Origin: Octopus sinensis
Taxonomy: Eukaryota
Assembly (NCBI RefSeq): GCF_006345805.1
Contig: NC_042999.1
Span: 36,332,001-36,396,000, forward strand
Length of the DNA: 64,000 nt
Direction: 5' to 3'
Part shown: positions 1-10,995 of the stretch, in pieces
How positions within the stretch are numbered: position 1 is the first letter of the stretch
Layout: every line of letters starts with the position of its first letter
Notes under the pieces: generated by a model
Database searches by the model: none
Told to the model about the DNA's origin: nothing
Seen by the model: the letters and a program-made list of their open reading frames with translations, nothing else
Position numbers and translations under genes: made by a program

Positions 1-562
1 CCTGGGACGTAGTCAGTCTACCTGTGCATACCTTCCTTCTTGTGACACTTGTGAAGGCCTGTTGAGGCAAGTGAAAATCAAAACAAATCAAAATAGATGA
101 ACATCAATGGAATTTGTATCTTTGTGGTACCAGTGCCGGTGGCACGTGGCACACAAGAAAAACATTCGAACGTGGCCGTAGCCAGTACCGCATCGACTGG
201 CCTCCGTGCTGTGGGCACGTAACAAACACCATCCGATCGTGGCCGTTTGCCAGCCTCATCTGGCACCTGTGTCGGTGGCACATAAAAACACCATCCGAGT
301 GTGGCCGTCTGCCAGCCTCGTCTGGCACCTGTGTCGGTGGCACATAAAAAACACCATCCGAGCGTGGCCGTTTGCCAGCCTCGTCGGTGGCACATAAAAT
401 CACCCACTACACTCTCGGAGTGGTTGGCGTTAGGAAGGGCATCCAGCTGTAGAAACACTGCCAGATCTGACTGGACTGGTGCAGCTTTCGGGCTCCCCAG
501 ACCCCAGTTGAACCGTCCAACCCATGCTAGCATGGAAAGCGGACGTTAAATGAAGATGATGA

Positions 563-565
<3 letters not shown>
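1..565 (+). mobile_element. RTE 3'-UTR/tail copy with ~60-bp internal tandem units
   Basis: Same GGAGTGGTTGGCGTTAGGAAGGGCATCCAGCTGTAGAAAC...CCCATGCTAGCATGG...(GAT)n end as the LINE at 5560-5742. Further copies at about 1610-1855, 6620-6822, 12275-12637, 12890-13060 and 59500-59960 (+), and 20800-21147, 23727-23877, 30445-30812, 33523-33717, 34540-34870 and 55032-55250 (-). Confidence 0.88.
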
Positions 566-610
<45 letters not shown>

Positions 611-788
611 TTTCTTCAAAATGGAGATAAGCACCAATGTCCCATGCAAGAGGCTTGAGAATTGTTAAGAGATACATCCCTCTCTTAACATGAAACTATT
701 GGTAGCCTGGTTAACCCACAAATAAAGAACATTTATCCACTAATGCAGTGTTGAGCACTCATTCTTATTGTTTAACATTAATGTGTGT

Positions 789-844
<56 letters not shown>

Positions 845-846
<2 letters not shown>

Positions 847-1055
847 GGAGGTTTACGAAAATAAACAAAAGACGAATGCAGGTTTACAAAAATAAACAAA
901 AGACGGAGGCAGGTGGAGAACAAACAAACAATTGTATTAGTATGGCGCTCAGGAATAGAAATAAAACAAGTCTTTTACGTTTCGAGCCTACGCTCTTCAA
1001 CAGAAAGATACACAGAAAAGAAACAAAGAGAGAAAAAAATGCGTGTAGGAGCTAA
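845..1055 (-). mobile_element. Penelope-like pseudo-LTR-type repeat containing a hammerhead-like motif (971-1008)
   Basis: - strand TCTTT-CTGTTGA-A-GAGC-GTAG-GCTC-GAAAC-GTA-AAAGA. The PLE assignment is inferred from this motif. Confidence 0.55.
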
Positions 1056-1863
1056 CGATCCAACATATATGGATGGATGACTTCTCTCAGTTTCTGTCTA
1101 CCAAATTTGCTTGTAAGGCTTTGAAAAGCCCACGTTTATAGTAGAAGCACCCAAGGAGCTGCACATTGGACTGAACTCAAAACCATGAGGTTGTGAAGTG
1201 AATGTCATAATTATGCAACTATGCAGCAACTTGAGAAATATATAACCTCCAGTATGTAGTCTCACAATTTAACTTTCATTGAATATTTTCGTAATTTTTT
1301 TAATGGCATTTTTAAAGAATGAAGGGCCACATTCTTACCTTTTCAAACCCTCTGAAACTGAAGGAGGTGAGCGAGGAGAAACCACAGCTAATCAGGTATG
1401 ACCATATAATTGGTTTTGATAGTTTGTCTCCACCCCATTTCTCTCACAAAATTTGGATCAACTCAAGGTTATGGTTAAAAAACATTTACCCAAAGTGCCA
1501 TTCAGTGAGATCAAAGTCAGAATTGTATGATTTTAATACAAATTCCTTAATCATACATTGGTAGTAAATCCTAAGGAAAAGCACATCTGAAAATTTAATG
1601 CAATTATTTGACATGTAAAAAACACCATTTGAGCATGGCCGTTGCCAATACCACCTGACTAGCCCTCGTGCAGGTGGCACGTGAATGCACCCACTACACT
1701 GATGGAGTGGTTGGCATTAAGAAGGGCATCCAGCTGTAGAAACTCTGCCAGATCAGAGTGGGGCCTGGTGCAGCCATCTGGCTCGCCAGTCCTCAGTCAA
1801 ATCATGCAACCCATGCTAGCATGGAAAGCGGACGTTAAACAATGATGATGATGACTTAATACG

Positions 1864-2535
1864 CAGCTGTCCTCATCCATTGTGATGCATATGGACAAGG
1901 ACAGCTGTGCAAAGAAGTGTCAATCTCTAACTGTAGAGGGAACCTGTGGAAGAGGTAGACCCAGGAAGACATGGAACAAAGTGGTGAAGCATGATCTTCA
2001 AATGCTGGGCCTCACAGAGGCAATGATAAGTGACTGAGACCTTTGGTAATATGCTGTGCTTGAGAAGATCCATCTAGCCAAGCAAAATTGTAGTTATGGC
2101 CATTGCTGGTCTTTGAATGTTGAGCTCCATGGAAGCAAGGTGATGAAGCATGATCTTTGAATGCTGGGCTTCACGTCGGTGATGACAAGTAACCAAGACC
2201 TTTGGCAATATGCGGTGCTTGAGAAAACTCGTCAAGCCAAACGATACTGTAGTTGTGGCTGTTGCCTGTGTCATATAAATGGCACCTGTGAAATCATAGT
2301 GTGGCTGTTGCCAGTGTCATGCATATGGCACCCATTCTGGTGGTGCGTAAAAAACACCCATTACACTTTTGGGGTGGTTGGTGTTAGGAAGGACATCCAG
2401 CTGTAAAAACCAAATCAAATCAGACTGGAACTTGGTGCAGCTTTCTGGCTTGCCAGTTCCAGTCAAACCATCTAACCCATGCCAGCATGGAAAATGGACA
2501 TTAAATGATGAGGAGGAGGCTGATGATGATGATGA
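1864..2535 (+). mobile_element. Older RTE LINE 3' fragment (ORF end partly duplicated, plus tail)
   Basis: GAGGGAACCTGTGGAAGAGGTAGACCCAGGAAGACATGG matches about 4758-4796. The GTGAAGCATGATCTT...GAGAAGA segment occurs twice; ends in (GAT)n. Confidence 0.8.
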
Positions 2536-2808
2536 ATACTATCAAGATTAAGAACAGAAAAATGTTTTAGAAACAGTAATTTTACAGCATCATTCATGAA
2601 AGTGCATCTGGTGTTGATGTGGATTATATGTTTTTAACATCAGCTTCCTTTCTAAATTTTTCTATAACTTCCTGAGGGTTTGCCATCTATTGCTGAGCCA
2701 TCTCTACACTTTATCCTCTTTACTCTCCCTATTATTCTCACTTCTTTCTGAAAGGTGGTGTATGTGTTTACATAGAATTTATATAGGTGCATAGTATTGG
2801 GAAATTCA

Positions 2809-5742
2809 GTGGCTGGTGCAAAGTCCCCTTAAGACCCAAAATAACGTGGTGGTGGAACAATATTGTTGACAGGGCTATTAGACAAAAGAAACAGGCTTGG
2901 AAGGCCTGGAAGAACGGTGGTAGCAGGGAAGGGTATCAGACTGCCAGAAGGGAAGCTAGGAGACAGGTCTATCTAGCCAGAGGGGAAGCAGATAAGAGAA
3001 AATTTGCCAATGTCCTGCGCCGAGAGGATGAAAGACTTGAGGTATTTCGTGTTGCAAGACAGTGTGTGAGAGAGAATCGTGATGTGGTAGGAGAGAAATG
3101 TGTTCGCATGGAGGATGGTTCACTTGCGCTAAATGAGGATGCAAAGAGAGAAGCTTGGAGACGCCACTATGAAAGGTTACTGAATGAGGAAAATGAATGG
3201 GATAAAGAGAGTCTGCCGCATGTTGACCCTACAGAGGGACCAGCTATCCGAGTTGATAGTTCCGTGGTAGCTAAGGCAATTAGAAGCATGAAGACAGGGA
3301 AAGCCCCAGGCCCATCAGGAATTACTGCAGAGATGCTCAAAATATCTGGCAGTGTCGGCTATACCTAGTCACCCGTATAGTCAACCAGGTGATACACGAA
3401 GGAGTCATACCCAATGACTGGTGCAGCAGCATACTAGTCAACTGCTACAAAGGTAAAGGTGATGCCCTAGATACAAATAATTACAGAGGTATCAAGCTGT
3501 TGGATCAAGTAATGAAGGTTACGGAGAGGGTCATAGCCCAACTAATTAGAGAGAGAGTTAGTTTAGATGAGATGCAGTTTGGGTTCGTGCCAGGGAAAAG
3601 CACCACTGATGCTATATTCCTGGTAAGAGGCAGCTGCAGGAGAAATACCTAGCCAAAGATAAGCCCCTGTACCTGGCTTTCGTTGACATGGAGAAAGCTT
3701 TTGATAGGGTCCCCCGATCCCTTATCTGGTGGTCAATGAGGAAACTAGGGATAGATGAATGGCTGGTGAGGACTGTGCAAGCCATGTACAGAGATGCCGT
3801 AAGTAAGGTTAGGGTTGGCAACATGTACACAGAAGAATTCAAAGTAGAGGTTGGGGTCCACCAGGGTTCAGTACTCAGCCCCCTCCTATTTATCATAGTA
3901 CTCCAGGCAATTACGGAGGAATTCAAGACAGGCTGTCCCTGGGAGCTCCTCTACGCTGACGACCTTGCTCTTATTGCTGAGTCACTATCAGAACTGGAGG
4001 AGAAGTTCCAGGTGTGGAAGGAGGGTTTAAAATCAAGGGGCCTTAGAGTCAACCTAGCTAAAACCAAAGTTAATAAGTAGAAAGGTAGACAATCCACAAA
4101 TATCTTCAGGAAGATGGCCCTGCTCGATCTGTAGAAAAGGTGTAGGTAGAAACTCTATAAGATGTACCCAGTGTGTAAGCTATGGACACATAAGAGGTGC
4201 AGCAATGTCAAAGGTAGGCTAACTGGGAAGATAGTTTTTGTATGTGGCAGATGCTCGGGAGCATTAACCTCCGAAAATCTGCAGAAAACAACTTCCGTCA
4301 CTTTCCAGGGGAAAAAACTAGAAGTAGTTGATAGCTTCCGTTATCTAGGTGACCAAGTCAGTAGTGGGGGGGGTGTGCTGAAAGTGTAACTGCTAGAATA
4401 AGAATAGCCTGGGCAAAGTTTAGGGAGCTCTTACCTCTGCTGGTGACTAAAGGCCTCTCGCTCAGAGTAAAAGGCAGACTGTATGATGCGTGTGTACGAA
4501 CAGCCATGCTACATGGCAGCGAAACATGGGCCGTGACTGCTGAGGACATGCGTAAGCTCGTGAGGAATGAAGCCAGTATGCTCCGATGGATGTGTAATGT
4601 CAGTGTACATACTCGCCAGAGCGTTTGCACCTTGAGAGAAATGTTGTACCTAAGAAGCATCAGTTGTGGTGTGCAAGAGAGACGATTGCGCTGGTATGGT
4701 CATGTGGCGAGAATGGATGAAGATAGGTGTGTGCGAAAGTGCCAATCCCTAGCAGTTGAGGGAACCCGTGGGAGAGGTAGACCCAGGAAAACCTGGGACG
4801 AGGTGGTGAAGCACGACCTTCGAACTTTAGGCCTCACTGAGGAAATGACCAGAGACCGAGACCTTGGAAAGTATTCTGTGCGTGAGAAGACCAGGCAGGA
4901 CAAGTGAGCCCAGCCCACTTATGAATGCCTTCCCTCCCTTGGACACAAAGACCGCTGAGGCAAGCGAAGTCGATATAGAACCTCATCCGACGACGAGACA
5001 CCCATGCCAACCCCCATGCTTGCGAAGACATGTTGGGGCAAGCGAAATCGAAATCGAAACCGAATTGAACCAGCCAGGATCCCTGGCCTGGTGGTACGTA
5101 AAAAGCACTATCCGACTCATGGCCGTGGCACGTAAAATACTCCAATGCGACCGACGACAGGCACCCATGCCAACCTCCTTTGCTTGTGAAGACATGTTGG
5201 GGCAAGCGAAATCGAAATCGAATTGAACCAGCCAGGATCCCTGGTCTGTGTTACGTAAAAAGCACTATCCGACTCGTGGCCGTGGCACGTAAAATACTCC
5301 AATGCGACCGTACGACAGGCACCCTTGCCAACCCCCTTTGCTTGTGAAGACATGTGGGGCAAGCGAAATCGAAATCGAATTGAACCAGCCAGGATCCCTG
5401 GTCTGGTGGTACGTAAAAAGCACTGGTACGTAAAAAGCACTATCCAACTCGTGGCCGATGCCAGCACCGCCCGTCTGGCTTCCGTGCCGGTGGCACATTA
5501 AAAACACCAATCTGACCGTGGCCGTTGCCAGCCCCGCCTGGCACCTGTGCAGGTGGCACGTAAAAAGCACCCACTACACTCACGGAGTGGTTGGCGTTAG
5601 GAAGGGCTTCCAGCTGTAGAAACATTGCCAAATTAGACTGGAGCCTGGTGCAGCCTTCTGGCTTCCCAGAACCCCGGTCGAACCGTCCAACCCATGCTAG
5701 CATGGAGAACGGACGTTAAACGACGATGATGATGATGATGAT
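2809..5742 (+). mobile_element. 5'-truncated, frameshifted RTE-clade LINE (RT, internal PHD-like finger, long repetitive 3' UTR, (GAT)n tail)
   Basis: Overlapping ORF pieces with KAPGPSGI, NYRGIKLL, QFGF, DMEKAFDRV, GVHQGSVLSPLLF, YADD (3952-3963), LHGSETW, RRLRWYGHV, RGRPRKTW. Stop at 4907; 3' UTR ends in (GAT)n at about 5742. Confidence 0.93.
4960..5440 (+). repeat. About three tandem ~160-bp units inside the RTE 3' UTR
   Basis: GCAAGCGAAATCGAAATCGAA...CCAGGATCCCTGG recurs at 5038, 5202 and 5359. Confidence 0.85.
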
Positions 5743-6949
5743 GTAGATAGGTGAGAATCTGGCTATTGCCAATAATTCTGGTTAGAAAATGATCCTGCAT
5801 CAGTTCCAGTCAGTGTGGAGATAATATAAGACCGAAAATGTGTTGTGTGCATCAAAGTTTCCAAGAGTGATAACCTCAGAAAGAGTGAAACAAGATAGAT
5901 GATTTTCTTCCATGCCAGAGGAAAAGTGATTGGAGGAATTAGTGTATGGTGGAATTAGTATATGAATTTCAGATAGAGAAATTTTGAGCCTGAATATCAG
6001 AAGTGAATGACACAGTGAGTAGATTCTACATTAACAATGATATTTCCTTCTAGGTTGAAATTTGAATATAGAGTGCAGCCTTAACAGCAAAGATGGGCTA
6101 GGCAGAGATAGATGGTAATGCTTCAGGTGTGTCAGTATAAAATATTTTTAAAAAATAAACAGAAAGCTGCTGAACAGCATAACAATCATGAGCGCAACAC
6201 CTAAACCACTGCACCATGTGCTTTCATCCTGATCACTGAGCAGACACTAACTTTATGGGGTCACCCCCTTTAATATATTATAAATATAAACTATGACATT
6301 GCATCATAGTTGAAAATGCATGTCACTATCATACAAGCAGTCATTCAGTTCCAGTTTTCCATGAAAACTTGTCTGGCTATAAGGAAATATTAACCTACTT
6401 GGAAATAAGTGAGGGTTGATAACATGAAGGGCATCCTGCCATACAAAATCTGTCTTTGGCTCATGCAAGCATAGAAAAGTAGAGTAGCCATGTGTCTCTT
6501 CTACAGCAAGACCTCTGTTTTTATCCTTCTGTTATACAACTGCCTCTCGGCACTTGGCATAAGCCACCTCTCTCAATACTCTACCCATCTCCAAGTAAGG
6601 AATCTTGTCTTGCAAGCCACATGGCAACCTCACTAGTCCCAGTGACATGTAAAGTGTCAGTACATTCTGTAAAGTGGTTGGCATTAGGAAGAACATCCAG
6701 CTGTAGAAACCATGCCAAAATAGTAATTGGCACTTGATATAGTTCTCTGACCTATCAGATCCTGTCAAACAGGCCATCCCATGCCAGCATGGAATATAGA
6801 TGTTAAATGATGATGATGATGATAGATCAGTATCTGTTGCCCAAGAGAAATGAGTTGAGTCAATTGATTGCTTAATGTGCTGAGGTGTCAGAATGGATTA
6901 CAATAATAATAATAATAATGATAATTATTATTATTATTATCATTATACT

Positions 6950-7135
6950 AAGGTGGCAAGCTGGCAGAATCGTTAGCATGTTGGGTGAAATGATTAGCAA
7001 GCTGTATTTCGTCTGCTGCTACATTCAGAGTTCAAATTCTGCTGCTTTCAGGGTTGATTAAATAAGTACCAGTTACGCACTGGGGTTCATGTAATTGACT
7101 TAATCCCTTCCCCCAAACTATACTTCCAGCAGAAA
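6950..7135 (+). mobile_element. tRNA-derived SINE family A (MetaSINE-like core, (ATT)n tail)
   Basis: GCTGGCAGAATCGTTAGC...GAGTTCAAATTC...GGGTTGAT..TAAGTACCAG. Many copies: 7171-8270, 11063-11280, 49065-49280, 58138-58760, 62853-62990, 63245-63460 and minus-strand fragments. Confidence 0.75.
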
Positions 7136-7137
7136 GG

Positions 7138-7170
<33 letters not shown>

Positions 7171-7172
<2 letters not shown>

Positions 7173-8310
7173 GGCAGTAAGATGGATGAAATGCTTTGTG
7201 GTATTTTGCCCATCACTACATTCTGAGTTCAAATTCAACCAAGGTCAACTTTGCCTTTCATTCTTTCAGAGTTGATAAAATAAGTGCCAGTTGAACACTG
7301 AGTTGGTATAATCAACTCATTCCCTCCCCCCAAATTGTTGCCTGTGTGGCAAAATTTGAAATCATTATTATCACTCTTATTAAGGCAGCAAGCTGGCAGA
7401 ATCGTTAGCATGCTGGATGAAATGCTTAGTGGTATTATATTTCGCCCATCACTACGTTATGAGTTCAAATTCCGCCACGGTCGACTTTGCCTTTCAGCTT
7501 TTCAGCATTAATAAATTAAGTACCAGTGAAATACTGGGGTTGATGTAATTGACTAGTCCCCCCCCCACCAAATTTCAGGCCTTGTGCCTTTAGTAGAAAG
7601 GATTATTATCATTATTATTATTCAGTTGAACCCTTGTTGATGTAATCAACTTACCCACTTCCCCAAAACTGCTGGTCTTGTGCCAAAATTTGAAACCTTT
7701 ATTTTATTATTATTATATTATTATTATTATTATTATTAAGGCAGTAAGATGGATGAAATGCTTTGTGGTATTTTGCCCATCACTACATTCTGAGTTCAAA
7801 TTCAACCAAGGTCAACTTTGCCTTTCATTCTTTCAGAGTTGATAAAATAAGTGCCAGTTGAACACTGAGTTGGTATAATCAACTCATTCCCTCCCCCCAA
7901 ATTGTTGCCTGTGTGGCAAAATTTGAAATCATTATTATCACTCTTATTAAGGCAGCAAGCTGGCAGAATCGTTAGCATGCTGGATGAAATGCTTAGTGGT
8001 ATTATATTTCGCCCATCACTACGTTATGAGTTCAAATTCCGCCACGGTCGACTTTGCCTTTCAGCTTTTCAGCATTAATAAATTAAGTACCAGTGAAATA
8101 CTGGGGTTGATGTAATTGACTAGTCCCCCCCCCACCAAATTTCAGGCCTTGTGCCTTTAGTAGAAAGGATTATTATCATTATTATTATTCAGTTGAACCC
8201 TTGTTGATGTAATCAACTTACCCACTTCCCCAAAACTGCTGGTCTTGTGCCAAAATTTGAAACCTTTATTTTATTATTATTATTATTATATTATTATTAT
8301 TATTATTATT
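7171..8310 (+). repeat. Tandem duplication of a 567-bp SINE cluster bounded by (ATT)n
   Basis: AAGGCAGTAAGATGGATG begins at 7171 and 7738; the units appear identical by eye. Confidence 0.92.
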
Positions 8311-8602
8311 AAGTGAATGAGAGCAGCACATGCCATCAAAGTGATGCTGAGGTACAAATATATGAAGCCCAATACACCCATCTCACAAAGGTACACCAAG
8401 CACATGCATCATAACATGGTGATCCCATATGAAGATAAACAGCACATGACCTTGCAGGTGGGGTTTGGTTAGAATTTTCTTCTGGATGAGTAGTCCATCC
8501 CACTCAAAAGGTCCCTGAATAAGAGTTTTTTAAGGATGATGAAGAAAACACCCATCTTTCCAGGGGTGAATTATTCAAACCCCAAAGAATCCCTCTCAGA
8601 CA

Positions 8603-9098
8603 TCATCAACATCATTGTTCGACCGTGGTCGAGACAATGGAATTTACCATGCTACGCCAGACTTCACGGTCCATCATAGCATTACGGAGGTCCTGTTGCT
8701 GGATGCCTGTATCCCTGGAGATTACATCAGGGTAGGAAAGTGTGCGCCCTCTGGTATTGCGAGTAGATGGCTTCCAGAGGAGAAGAGTAGAAATTGCCTC
8801 GTTTTCAGCTCTACAACAATGTCCAGCAAACTGGACTCTCCTACCATTCACAAGAGATGACACAGGTGGTAGTTTTCCATATATTTGCATTTTGGTTGGA
8901 TGACACTTCCATGATAAATTTTGAGCTCTCATAAGGAGGCGAGTGTAGGTTCCATCCAACCGCCTCTCAAGCTTCTTTGACAACGTCCAGGTTTCTGAGC
9001 CATATAGTAGAATTGGTTCGACTGTGGCTTTGAAGATTTCAAGTTTGAAGTCTCTACTTAGATTTGATGACCAGATCTTAATCATGTCATTACAGGCT
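8603..9098 (-). mobile_element. 5'-truncated RTE-group (Proto2-like) LINE, nested in another repeat
   Basis: IWSSNLSRDFKLEIFKATVEPILLYGSETWTL...RRVQFAGHC...; ORF stop runs directly into a (TGA)n-like tail. The flanks join into a repeat also seen uninterrupted at about 52400-52495. Confidence 0.85.
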
Positions 9099-9938
9099 CG
9101 CAGAGATAGCTATGATGCTCCCCCACTACTTCTACCTGTGATCAGAGATGCACATATAGTCAAGCATTAAGGGACATGCTCAACTGGTTATGGTCAAGCA
9201 ACTGACAAGTAAATCTACAGTATTGAGAAGAATATTTGCTCTAGGCCATCTTTTACACTATTCCAAAACATGTACGTAATAACACTTCCAATCAGTTAAG
9301 ATCAGAAGCCATGCTAGCCACTGCCTGGTATTGCATTAGAGCATTTATTATCATCATCATCATCATTACCATCACCAATGCTGAAGATCTTTCTGGAACA
9401 ACATAATTAACATTTGCAAATAAGAATTTCATATCAAGTCTTTTCTATACAATAGCAGACAAAGATACCTGATACAATGAATTTCCTGAAATTGTCAGTG
9501 AGAACCATTTATCATAATGTTTATGTAAATATTGATGAACTCAGAGCTATTTACTAATTATATCATTATCTGATCTTAGTTATGCATGTTTAGATAATTA
9601 CGGGTAAAAAAAACTGCAGTCATTTATAAACAATTTCAGATATTTAAGTTGCTTTGTTTCTTTTTGTTTTGTTCATTTTCCTTTTATATTTTGTTATTGC
9701 TCAAGCTGAAGTCATTTACTTATATTTTCAAAATTTTCGACAAATAAATTAAGTTGCGTAATGTCTCCTTGCCTCTTAAAGATATGCCTCAATGCCAGTA
9801 TATATTTTTTATCTATTTTTGAGACAGATGTCGAATTTTAATTTTTAGAATAATTGTATAAAGAATAGACTTCCCTGCAATGAACAATGATAATATATTC
9901 TCAGAATTATGTAATTTCTTTTTTATTTGTTTCTCAAG

Positions 9939-10107
9939 CCGGTTGATAATGAAGAAGATTTTTCCAAAGACTTCTATGGCAACCTTCCTCTCATTCAATC
10001 GTCTGAAAAAATCAACCGCAAAATAATTGATGTGAAAGACCTTACACCTCAGATTGCAGACACAAAGGTGTGGATTAGGGCCAGGTTACAGACAAGCCGT
10101 AGCAAAG
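9939..10107 (+). CDS. DARS1: Cytoplasmic aspartyl-tRNA synthetase, first coding exon seen in window (internal exon)
   Basis: ttctcaAG|CCG acceptor, AAAG|GTAAGC donor. PVDNEEDFSKDFYGNLPLIQSSEK...VWIRARLQTSRSKG resembles human DARS1 EDYAKERYG..IQSQEK..VWVRARVHTSRAKG. Confidence 0.92.
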
Positions 10108-10892
10108 GTAAGCTTTCCTTTACTTTTCAACTAATGGAGTTAAAATAACAATGCTGACTCTGTTATCAACATTTTTAATTTGCAGATTATATCACTTGCT
10201 CTGAAGAGAAAACAATTTTAACATCTACTTTTCCGTGCTTTCAGAGATTTTTTTCACTGGAGACTGAAAACGTGTGTTTACTTTTTTATTAATAATAGTT
10301 TGACTTAGTTTCACCTAACTTAAAGTTTTGAGCATGTAGAACACATCTCATTCATCAGAAGGACATTTTGTCATCTGAATTTGAATCCTGCTGAAATCAA
10401 CTTCACCTTTCAACCCTCTGGTCAATAAAATAAAATACCAGTCAAGTATTGAGGCCAATATAATCAGCTAACCTCTCCCCCAACTCACCCAAATTTCTTA
10501 CCTTATGCCTATGTTAGAAATGATTCATCAGCATTAACTTGTACCCAAGTAAATCTGTAACATATGATTGAGCTTCTTCATCCTGATGGATGTGAAGGTT
10601 GCTGGTAGCTGTTCAGGCCAAGAGCAGTATAGAAGAGCTGAGGACTTTTATCACAGGGAAGGGTTAGCAGGGGATGAGGAAGTGCAAGTTGCTCTTTGTA
10701 TCTTCAGTGTCTGATCTCTGCCTTTTGACATCTGTTATTTGTTATCTGGTCCATTCCTTTGACAATGACATGTTGCCACTTTGATTTTATATGAACATTT
10801 TTCCCAATTTAAAAATTTTCATTCTAATTTCAATGTCGAGTATCCAAGTATTGCCATGTTTGCTGAATTCCTTCCTTTTGGATGTCTTCCAG

Positions 10893-10995
10893 GTAAACAA
10901 TGCTTTTTTGTGTTGCGGCAGCGTTACTGGACTGTGCAAGGTCTTATAGCTGTTGGAAAAGAGACTAGCAAACAAATGGTGAAGTTTGCTGCAAG
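10893..10995 (+). CDS. DARS1: DARS1 exon (anticodon-binding OB fold)
   Basis: ccAG|GTAAACAA...GCAAG|GTTGGT. (G)[33 protein letters not shown]; phase matches both neighbouring exons. Confidence 0.95.

Noticed and set aside
200-400. Regularly spaced ~60-bp and ~160-bp repeats resembling a CRISPR array
   Set aside because: The units are wholly repeated with no unique spacers, lie in a LINE 3' UTR, and the context is eukaryotic with no cas genes.
78-549. Multiple overlapping 60-150 aa ORFs here and in similar repeats (12115-12586, 17819-18166, 34551-34917, 43490-44001, 60172-61024)
   Set aside because: They are chance open frames in GC-richer SINE or LINE-tail repeats, recurring in all frames with no protein motifs.
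1-9938. DARS1 first (ATG) exon
   Set aside because: No convincing N-terminal exon or promoter was found; it is probably upstream of the window.
10891-10898. AG|GTAAAC at the exon start as a recursive splice site
   Set aside because: Fully explained by the conserved Gly-Lys codons of DARS1; no independent evidence.
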